Shown in pieces: positions 25,797-37,857 of a DNA stretch of 64,000 nucleotides. Under the pieces are notes generated by a model. That model saw nothing but the letters and a program-made list of their open reading frames with translations. It was not told where the DNA came from and did not search any database. Made by a program: the position numbers and the translations under genes. The DNA is taken from contig NC_042998.1 in NCBI RefSeq assembly GCF_006345805.1, positions 83,390,001-83,454,000 of the forward strand, read 5' to 3'. Origin of the DNA: Octopus sinensis (lineage: Eukaryota). Within the stretch, counting starts at the first letter, position 1; each line of letters begins with the position of its first letter.

Positions 25797-28700
25797 TGCA
25801 GATGTGGTTGTGTTGTAAGATTTTTGCTTCCCAACTACATGGTACCTTGGGCAAATTTCTTCTACTGAACTTCAGGGCAACCAAAGCCTTATGAATGGAT
25901 TTGATATTTGGCAACACAACTGAAAGATGCTCATCATATGTGTGTTGTGTGTCTGCGTTTACCTCACCACCACTTGACAACATTTGTTGGTGTGTTTCCA
26001 TCCCCATGATTTAGCAGTTCATTTAAAGAGACCGAGAGAATAAGTAGCAAGCTTTAAAAACAAAAATTGACTAAAAATTCTTCAAGATATTTGGGAAATC
26101 ATAACAGACAAACCCTATAAACACACTCAGTGGTTGTTTGTCTGTTGTCTATTTCTCTTTATTTTTCAAAACAGTTTTCAAAAATATTTTTGCTGCACCA
26201 TTTAAAAATATCTTTTGTATTTTTATATTTTTATGTTCAAAGAAATTTCTTTTTATAATTTTCTATTTATTTTGTTGTTTTTTTTTTCTTTGTTTATTAA
26301 CTTTGCCTTGTTTAGGTGACAACAATTATAGCGTAGAAAAATGCATGAAATGAGAAATAAAGAAAGCTTCAAACAATGCTGAAAGTTTTAAAAAACCTTT
26401 ATATTTTGAGCTCATATAAATACACATTTGTTTGACTGTATTCTTCTGAAGATAAGCCTTTACATCCGAAATGTAAAGATGGAAGACCTGGGATGAGGTG
26501 GTGAAGCACGACCTGCAAATGTTGGGCCTAACAGAGGTAATGACAAGTGACCGAGACCTTTGGAGATATGCTGTGTTTGAGAAGACCCGGCAAGTCAAGT
26601 GAGACCGTAACCGTGGCCTCTGCCAGTGCAGCATAACCAGCCCATTAAGAGTACCCTTCAATCATTGGGCAATAAACTATGCTTGCGAAGACCTGTTGAG
26701 TCAAGTGAAGTCATTGTCGTGGCCGATGACAGTACTCTCTGATTGGAACCTGTGCCAGTGGCATGTAAAAAGCACCATTCAAGCATGGTCATTGCCAGTG
26801 CCACCTTACTGACTCCCATGCTGGTGGCACGTAAAAAGCGCCATTCAAGCGTAGTCATTGCCAGTACAACCTAACTGTCCCTCATACCAGTGGCACATAA
26901 AAATCACCCACTACACTCTGTGAGTGGTTGGCATTAGGAAGGGAATCCAGCTGTAGAAACTTTGCCAGATCAGATTGGAGCCTGCTGCAGCCCTCAGTGA
27001 AACTGTCCAGCCCATGTTAGCATGGAAAGCGGACGTTAAACAATGATGATGATGAAAACTTTCTGCATTGTTAGAAACTTTCCTTGATTCTCATTCCATT
27101 AATTTTTCTACATCTGTACAACAATGCTTCAAGCAAATTACAACAGTTATATACTTTGTTTATTCTCAATTTAGGGTTCTGGTTTCACAGTTTTGGTAAG
27201 AATCTCTAGTTTTAAGTCGATCTTTTGTGAATGATTACTTTTTATTCTTTTACATCCCTGCCTCCCCCTCCTTTCTCCTTTAGCATGATGATGATGCAAT
27301 CAGAGTACTTGGTTATAGTTTCAAATCATATTTATGGAATCAGAGAAGGGTTTCCAATTTTACTGAAGGAGACGGACAAGGGTTTTGAATTTTACTGGAA
27401 ACAGACAAGGGTTTCAAATTTTACTAAAGCAGACGGACAATTGGTTTTAAATTATTCTTGAGGTATTGTACTTGGAACTAAACTAACAGATATTTTGTTC
27501 TCTATCCCTCAAGTCAGCTCTGATTGAGTAGATCTTTGATCAAAGACATTCCACTTATGACATCTCATTTTGATATGTATCAAGGGCTACATTATCTAAT
27601 GATCCTTCTTTTGTAAGGCAACAGTTTATTATTTAATGGATATTTAGTTGCCAATTCTAGCAAGTGGTGACCATGTATAGAGGCTCCCTTCTTCTTAGCT
27701 CATGATATTTATTAGATATTTAATGTTTTCTTCTATTTGCACTTATAAGTATACATATATATATGTGTGTATGTATGTATGTGTGTGTGTGTGCATGTGT
27801 GTGGATTGTAATACAAGAAGATGGAATGAATAGGCTTTTATCCAAATCACTACAATTGTTTCTGTATATTAGCATGGACTGGTAATTACTAAATGTTTCA
27901 CATATTATACATGTTATTGCATTAATATGATCCAACAATAGCTGTGTACTTGTACATCTTCAGGTGAGTGAACATAGAATGAAGTAAGACAAATAGCTGT
28001 CGATATTTTATATCCATTTTTCTATTCAGACAATTTTTCAGATGAGGTTCACAGCTTCGCACCCTTTATGACCATCTTTTGTCTTCTCTTACACACAGCA
28101 ATAGAGAAAGCTGCCAATTTTTATTCTGTCTGTCATTATTTTTACCCTTTTGGCATGTTTTCTTTTTATGACTGAATGCTTTTCTTACTGCTAATCCCAT
28201 TATAGTATTTTATTGTGCCATTGGCACTCGAGTAATTGTCAGTGGTGGACAGAAGTTTCTGTTTTACCTTGTATAATTGTTTATTCAGACTTACTGCTTT
28301 TCCATATATAGGTTGCTTTCATTACAGCTTATGGAGTCTACATATTTTTGTACCCACAGCCTTTTTTTTTTGTCTTTTGGCATGGTTTATTTTTTGCAGC
28401 TGAATTCCCTTACTATCGCCAACCACTTCACAGCATGAACTGAATGCATTTTATTGTTGTCACCAGCATTAAGGAGAGTGGCTGTTAATGGCTTAGCGGT
28501 TAGGGCATTGCACTCACAATTTCAAGATCATACATTCAGTTCCTCGACCAGGTGATGCATCATGTTTTTGGGAAAAATCACTTCATTTCACATTACTCCA
28601 GTCTACTCCGCTGTAAATGTGTAACCCTGCAATAGACTTGCATCCTATCCAGGGGAATGATGTTATCTTGGTTGTCACTTATAAGCCATGTAGACAGAAT

Positions 28701-30433
28701 ATCTGACCCTACGAGTTCTATGGCTCAAGGCAATCATGCCCATAGTTGATGATGATGATTAACAAGATCTGCTGCTGGACTACAGTGTCCTTTCTACTTT
28801 GTATAAGTTTTTCCTCATAAACACGTTGCCTTCCTTCACTGTGGCTCACAAAGTCAATGTCTTCTCATTGCAATTAGGGAAGAAACCATTCCAGACACTG
28901 TTGGGTTTGTTTGAAATGTCTATCTTTTTAGATGTCATCTTTTCTACAGCTAAGAAGCCATGTCTTCCAATGATGTATGTTTAGCTAGTGGACTTATTGT
29001 GGCATCTAAGGCTACTGAGAATAAAAGTTGTTTTCTTGATGTGGGGAGAGCCTTAATTGTCACGAAGGTTGTCTAAGATGACATTGAGGTCATCTTTGAT
29101 ATGTAGACAGAAGAGGGGAAGTAGAAATGGTCGTCTTAATGATAAAAGTTGAGGTAGTAGGAGTCACTCACTGCCAAAAGAACTTGTGATACATTAATAG
29201 TGGCCAAGCTTTGGTTATGCAGATTGAGAGAGAAATGGGGTTATAAATATGACCTACTTGATAATTTTATATATGTTACAGTCATTAATAATCACTGTTA
29301 ATTATTAGTAAATAATTGATGTAATAATATTTCCATGAACTATTTCCATCTACAATGGCTACAATGGTTCGCAAACAATATTTCTGCAGAACTGCTAAAT
29401 AGATCACACAGGTGACAAAGGCATTAACTACTAAATATTCAAAGTCACAGTCAACAGCATTTTTGTTTTAAGAAGTTTGTTTCATAATCATGTGGTTCTG
29501 AGTTTGACCTCACTGCATGTCATCTTGGGTAAATGCTTTTACCCAAGATTAGCTCCAGGTTCATCATCCAAGTCTTGTGAGTGCATTTGGATAAATGGAA
29601 ACTGTGCACAATCCTGTCTGATCCTGTAATTCAAATGTCCAGCTTTGTCACATCACACCACACCTTCTGCCTGAGAATCACAGTAAGAGTACATGCACCT
29701 GTGGAATATTCAACCACTTTTCTTATCAATTCAGTATGTCGACTGTTGAACAGCTGGGTACTCATATTTACAATTACTAATGATTTACAATTATATTTTT
29801 TTCAATAAAATCAGAAATATGTATTGGTATTGTATTGTTTAACCATGTTGCTCTAATATTTTAAATGATGTCCTGAAGATCTTTATCACTTTTGCTATTA
29901 AAATACTCTCCCATGCTGGACAAGAATTCAGAAACATCTGTATCTGTTTCATCTGATGACAAGTCACTGTTATTATTTTTTTTTTTTTTAACATTTTGTA
30001 AGTTCCAAATCCCTTCAAGATGGAATCGCAATTTACTGTAGTCATATCAGTAATTGCAAAATATCAATCTCTGCTTCGAACATTGGAAAAGTCCACACAG
30101 TATTCAGGTGAAAATGGTTTTATCGTGTATTATCTCAGGACTACAAGATTTCAATGGCAATTATTTATTTTTATAATGATATCATCGGGTTTAGGCTAAT
30201 TGTGACTGGCCAGACCTGGCTGGTTTGTATTTTTTTATTTGTTTTAGTCATTTGACTGCGGCTGTGCTGGAGCACTGCCTTTAGTTGAACAAATCGAACC
30301 CCAGGACTTATTCTTTGTAAGCCTAGTACTTATTCTATTGGTCTCTTTTGCTGAACTGCTAATTTATAGGGACATATACACACCAACATTGGTTGTCAAG
30401 TGATAGTGGAGTGACAAACATGGACACACAAAC

Positions 30434-30515
<82 letters not shown>

Positions 30516-33500
30516 CATATATATATATATATAAACATACATATAATGGGCTTCTTTCAGTTTCCGTCTACCAAATTCACTCACAAGGCTTTGGTTGGCC
30601 CGAGGTTATAGTAGAAGACACTTGCCCAAGGTTCTACGCAGTGGGACTGAACCCAGAACCATGTGGTTGGTAAGCAAACTACTTGCTACATAGCCACTCA
30701 AAACAAGAATACTTGGACCAGATATAATTGGTTTTAATGCTAAAGTATTAAATTTCATGTATATCTACTTCTCTTTTCAGAACCCTCTGGATTGTTTGGA
30801 AGCTTTGGGTAATGTAGCATCTTGTAAGATATCAACAAGTAAGTTTAACTTCTTTGATCTTTATGCTTCATGATTTAATATCTCTGATATTCATTACAAT
30901 ATCTTGAAATTGTATGTTCAAGCCATGTAAAGATTGACAGGGCTGTTTATCTTACAATCAGTGGCAGACTGGGTCTAAAAATATTGGTTGCCAGGAGACT
31001 AGAGGGGGGGGGGCTCCCACAATTACAAGGGGGCCCACCCACAACTACAAAGGGGCCCACCTGCAACTACAATGCTATCATTTATTTTTTTTTTTTTGTT
31101 AAAAGTATTCTTTTCAACTGTCTACAAACAATGCCAGGCTGAAATAATTAATGCATTCTTCCAGGAGTGAATAAAAAATTCTCAGACTTGAGGGGATGGG
31201 CCCCCATATATGGATTCTAATAGTGTAGGGGCCCACTTGCCATTGGGCAATCTGGCAACCTGGCCAGTCTACCACAGCTTACAATGGATGCAATATTGGA
31301 GTTCAACATGTTGTAAGCAAGCACCACAAGTTGGGATAGTTTACCACAGGAATCTGAGGTTATTTATTATCATCAACATTTTACATCTTTCTGTGCTGGC
31401 CTGAAGTGGTTGATCTTTTTGAGGCCATGTTTTATGACCAGGTTCTCCTGTCCTGCTGTAAACCCTTTTAGTTGCTTTTGATCACACACATGAGAACATT
31501 GTATTTATTTTTAAACAAAAGTACACATAGGTGCAGGAGTGGCTGTGTGGTAAGTAGCTTGCTTACCAACCACATGGTTCCGGGTTCGGTCCCACTGCGT
31601 GGCACCTTGGGTAAGTGTCTTCTACTATAGCCTTGGGCCGACCAAAGCCTTGTGAGTAGATTTGGTAGACGGAAACTGAAAGAAGCCTGTCGTATATATG
31701 TATGTGTGTGTGTATATGTTTGTGTGTCTGTTTTTGTCCCACCAACATCGCTTGACAACCGATGGTAGTGTGTTTACGTCCCCATAACTTAGCAGTTCAG
31801 CAAAAGAGACCGATTGAATAAGTGCTAGGCTTCCAAAGAATAAGTCCTGGGGTCGATTTGCTCGACTAAAGGCGGTGCTCCAGCATGGTCGCAGTCAAAT
31901 AACTGAAACAAGTAAAAGAGTAAAGAGTATAGTAACTACAGAAATCTTCAGTAATACTGAATGATTGACAAACAAGCTTATAATGCTGAACTTGGGGCTT
32001 TCTTTGGGTTTAGATCAAGATACAAGCATTAACATGGTTCCCTCTCTACCTCTGTCTGTTCTCATACTCTCTCTCTCTCTCGCTATCCTTCTTTTACCCG
32101 CTCTCATGTTCTACCATTTATTTTCATTTATAGAAGATTACGATGGTGCCCTTGCTGTTTTAACAGAAATGAGTTACCTGGCACAAGAAAGAGGAGGTAA
32201 TAAACTTTATCATTAAAACACTGGGGTTCTTTCTCTCTTTAAATGTATAGCTAACTGAGTGTTTTCTCCACCATCTCTATCCCCAAAAGAGTATCATCAC
32301 TTCACTGGTGCTATATTGCCGTAGCAAAAGAAACTTAAATGAGCCAACAAGGGAGCTTCTACTTGGACACTAACTCAGCCAGAAATAACACTGGAGCTTC
32401 CCTAAAATTACATTCTCCCCATCTACTTCAGGCATATGGCATAGTGGTTAAGAGTGCGGGCTACTAACCCTAAGATTCCGAGTTCGATTCCAGGCAATGA
32501 CCTGAATAATAATAATAATAATAATAACAACAACAACATTGAAAAATACCTAAGGAATGAGAACCCAGATTCGAAATTTCCCCCAAGAGACCTGAAGAAG
32601 GGAGGAGGGTATATCAGCCAAAACGTGTTAGCAGCAAACAAGATGAGGACAAATATATGTCAAATGTAAATAATGAATGATAACTACTGACCTTATCCAG
32701 CCCAAATATTCTACCTGTTTTATGTTAAAACCAGATCCAACCTCTCACACCTACCCTATAATGTCATTCTAAAAATATACAAACATGTTTTTGTAATCTT
32801 GAAGCTATAAGATAATGCATGATTAATTCAAATCAGCATGAATAAATAAGCATTACATAAGACAGAGAAACCTGAATGTTAAAGGGTTAAGACCAGCTTA
32901 ATAGTAACGTTACTAAATTAATTTTTTTTACAAAATTAATTGAAGTAAAAGCTGCGTATTTCAACAGAAACAAGGTAACATAAGCATGGCAAGTTTTCTG
33001 CACTCTTTTCAACCCTGACAGCCCTCCCCTCTCCTATGAGAAGCACTGGTTTAATTTACCATCATTAACCCTTTAGCGTTTAATCGAGCCTAAATATTCT
33101 ATCTGTTTTATGTTCAAGCCAACCAGATCCAACCTCTCACACCTACCCTACAATGTCATTCTAAAAGTAAACCATTTTTGAAGTCACGAAGCTATACGAT
33201 AAAGCATAATTTATTCAAAACAATCTGAATAAATAAACATTACAATTGACAGAATAATTAGAATGCTAAATAATTTGAATGCTAAAAGAAGTAATCAAGA
33301 AGTATTCATGTTTGTTTTTATTTTCGTTTCTATTTTAAGGATCTGCTTTTAGTGAAAAACCAATTGGTGCTTACAGTGATATTTTGGCACGTTGTGAACT
33401 AACCAGAGTCCTCCTACTTATGTTGCTTCAGGTAAGTGTGATTTGGAGGGTTCTCTTGTAGAAACTATTGTTTCACTTCTTTAAGAAAGACAAGCAAATC

Positions 33501-34361
33501 ATCATTTTACAGGGTATTCACATGAAAGGGTTTGAACCCCTCTCTGCAAGTTAATGATAGAATAGATGACAGCAGCGAGTTGGCAGAAACGTTAGCACGC
33601 CAGGCGAAATGCTTAGTGGTATTTCGTCTGCCGTTACGTTCTGAGTTCAAATTCCACTGAGGTCGACTTTGCCTTTCATCCTTTCGGGGTCGATAAATTA
33701 AGTACCAGTTACACACTGGAGTCGATGTAATCGACTTAATCCATTTGTCTGTCTTTGTTTGTCCCCTCTGTGTTTAGCCCCTTGTGGGCAATAAAGAAAT
33801 AAGAATAGCAGTTTCAGTGGTAATTAATGTGATCCCTCAGCTTACAAATGTCAGCTACCATCATCATCATCATCTCCCAAGGAGATTGAACTCAGGACCA
33901 TATGGTTTGGGAATCAACTTCTTAACCACACAGCCACAACTGTGCCTATCTTAAACTAAGAATGGGTGTGAATGTCAACATCCAGTGTAATGTGTATGCG
34001 AAACATTGAAAGCCTGTAAAAATATCAGAGAGTGTTGCTTCACCAGGCAGTGTTTTACAACAACTAACATTGTTTACATTGAAATATTGAAGAAGATATT
34101 TAGAATAGTTGTAGTAAATTAGATGTACTTATCTGTTGTTAATGGATAAACTTTGCGATAAAACCTCTTCTTCTGCACTATTTACTGTTTTACAACCATT
34201 TTTATTATTTTAGGTTTTTTTGTATTTATCTCTGCCAGTATGGCTGAGATGGATTTCAAGATTTAAAATGATATTTGTGAAGATTTATTTAAGGCATTAA
34301 TGTTTTTAATCGGCCTACGAGAAGTAACTTGATATTCCTTATCTCTGCTAGATATTTCTTC

Positions 34362-34412
<51 letters not shown>

Positions 34413-37400
34413 ATGCGTGCTATAAGTGTTTTGTTATTATTTTTGCCAGCATTAAGTAATTCTAGTGAGTTATGTTTCGGTAGGCCTATAGCAAAGGTTT
34501 TGTTGATCGATCATCATCATCATTTAACATCTTTCCATGCTGGCATGGGTTGGACGGTTTGACTCAGGACTGGTGAACCAGAAGGCTGCACCAGGCTCAA
34601 TCTGATCTGGCAAAGTTTCTACAGCTGGATGCCCTTTCTAACGCCAACTACTCCAAGAGTTTAGTGAGTGCTTTTACATGACACCAGCATGAGGGCCAGT
34701 CAGGCGGTTCTGGCAACGACCATGCTCAAAGCATTTAGAAATAACTCATAAGTCATTCTTATTCATTATCTCCATCATCATCATCATGTCTACTTTCCAT
34801 CTTGTTTAGCCCCAGGTCAAATTACATCAAGCACACATTCCATCCATGACCATCTTGTCTTTTCTTTTATATATATATATATGTGTGTGTGTGTGTATAC
34901 ATATATACATACACAGGAGTAGCTGTGTGGTAAGTAGCTTGCTAACCAACCACATGGTTCCGGGTTCAGTCCCACTGCGTGGCATCTTGGGCAAGTGTCT
35001 TCTGCTATAGCCCAGGGCCGACCAATGCCTTGTGAGTGGATTTGGTAGACGGAAACTGAAAGAAGCCTGTCGTATATATATATATATATATGTATGTATG
35101 TGTGTGTCTGTGTTTGTCCCCCAACATCGCTTGACAATCGATGCTGGTGGGTTTACGTCCCCGTCACTTAGCGGTTCGGCAAAAAGAGACTGATAGAATA
35201 AGTACTGGGCTTACAAAGACTAAGTCCCGGGGTCGATTTGCTCGACTAAAGGCGGTGCTCCAGCATGGCCGCAGTCAAATGACTGAAACAAGTAAAAAAA
35301 AAAAAAAAAAAATACGTAGCCAAAGATAAACCTCTGTACTTGGCTTTCATTCCCATGGAGAAAACCTTTGACAGGGTCCCCCGATCCCTTATCTGGTGGT
35401 CAGTGAGGAAATTAGGGATAGATAAATGGTTAGTGAGAGCTGTGCAAGCCATGTACAAGGACACTGTCAGTAAGGTGAGGGCTGGCAATGAGTACAGTGA
35501 AGAATTCTGGGTAGAGGTAGGGTCTGCCAAGGTTCAGTCCTCAGCCCCCTCCTATTTATCATAGTCCTCCAGGCAATAACACAAGAATTCAAGACAGGAT
35601 GTTCCTCTATGCTGATGACCTTGTTCTAATTGTTGAGTCACTATCAGAACTAGAGGAGAAGTTTCAGGTGTGGAAGCAAGGATTAGAATTGAAAGGCCTT
35701 AGAGTCAGCCTAGCTAAAACCAAAGTCCTAATAAGTAGGAAGGCAGACAAGCCACAAATCCCTTCAGGCAGATGGCCCTGCTCAATCTGTAGAAGAGGCA
35801 TAGGCAGAAACTCTATAAGATGTACCCAGTGTAAGCTATGGACACATAAGAGGTGCAGTAATATCAAAGGAAGGCTAACTGGGAAGATAGTTTTTGTATG
35901 TGGCAGATGCACAGGAGCAATAAACACTGAAAATGTGCAGAGAACAACTTCTGTCACATTCCAGGTAGAAAAACTAGAAGCAGTTGATAGTTTCCTTTAC
36001 CTTGGCGACCAAGTCAGTATCGGGGAGAGTGCTCTGAAAGTGTAGCTGCTAGAATAAGAATAGCCTGGGCAAAGTTCAGAGAGTTCTTACCTCTGCTGGT
36101 GACAAAGGGCCTCTTGTTCAGAGTATAAGATAGACTGTATGACGTATGTGCATGAACAGCCATGCTACATGGCAGTGAAACATGGGCTGTGACTGTGAGG
36201 ACATGCGTAAGCTTGCAAGGAATGAAGCCAATATGCTCCGCTGGATGTGTAATGTCAGTGTGCATACTTGACAGAGTGTAAGTACCTTGAGAGAAAAGTT
36301 GGACCTAAGAAGCATCAGATGTGGTGTGCAAGAGAGATGACTGTGCTGGTATGGTCATGTGGCGAGACTGGATGAGGATGGCTGTGTCAAAAAGTGCCAC
36401 ACCTTAGCAGTTGAGGGAACCTGTTGATGAGGTGGTGAAGCATGACCTTCGAACATTAGGCCTCACCGAGGCAATGACTAGTGACTGAGACCTTTGGAAA
36501 TATGCTGCACTTGAGAAGACCCGGCAAGCCAAGTGAGACCATAACTCATGGCCTATGACAGAGGTGTAACCAGCCTACTTATGTGTACCTTTCCTTTATT
36601 GGATGCTAAGCTCTGCTTGCGAAGACCTGTTGAGGCAAGTGAAATCAAAATCATGACTGGCATCTGTGCTAGTGGAGTGCTAAGAGCACTATCTAAGCAT
36701 GATCGTTGCTAGGGCAGCTAACTGGCTCCTATGCCAGCGGCACGTAAAAAGCACCATTTAAGTGTGATCGTTACCAGTGTCGCCTTACTAGCACTTGTGC
36801 TGGTGGCACATGAAAAATATTCTAGCAAGGTCATTGCCAGTGCTGGTGGCATGTAAAAAACGCTATTTGGGCATGGCCGTTGCCAGTACCGCCTGACTGG
36901 CCCTCATGCCAGTGGCACGTAAAAACAGCCATTACACTCTCAGAGTGATTGGTGTTAGGAAGGACATCCATTTGTAGAAACTCTGCCAGATCAGATTGGA
37001 GCCTGGTGCAGCCATCTGGCTCACCAGTCCTCAGTCAAATCATCCAACTCATGCCAGAATGGAAAGTGTGTGTGTGTGTGTATAAGAACACATTGTCCAA
37101 TATGTCCTTCATTTTCTTTTTACAACAGTAGGGTGTGAATTGAAGGATAGTTTTCATAGTTTGAGTAATCATATAGATCCTCTTTTGTCATCTCTAATGT
37201 CTTTCATTGTCTTTAATTTTTGTTTTAGACTTTAGAAAATATGACACTGAGCTACACATTTTTTTTTTTTGGACATTTTCTTTCAGCCGACACCTCAGAG
37301 GATCCGACCAGAACATGCACAGACGTTGGAGAAATATGCTTGGGGTAGTACTGAAGATTCCTATGTCAGTTAGTATCTGTCCTCATCAAATTTATGTATC

Positions 37401-37826
37401 TTCCATTTATTTGTTCATTTTACATCAGTCTTTCCATGCTGACATGGGTTAGAGTAACGCATTTTACAGTCAGATGCTCTTACTATCTCTAACCCTTATT
37501 TGTTTTTCAAGTGAGAGATTCCACTTTGATTTGAAAACATAGCACTAGCAAACAATTTGCTGAGATTCTCTGTTAACCCTTCATTATCATATTTTGTTCA
37601 AATAGGCTGATTTTGTTTTAATTGATTTGGAAAAATAATGAAGAATTTAGTAAAATAACTTAGGCATTGTTAAGCTGGTGTCTCTTTCTGGTGACAGGAA
37701 GAGCATCCAGCTGTAGAAACTCTGCCTCAGCAAATTCTCTCTGACCCATGCAAGCATGGAAAAGTGGATGTTGAAGTGACAATGATAACAATGTGTGTGG
37801 ATATGTATGTATGGTATGTGTGTATG

Positions 37827-37857
<31 letters not shown>

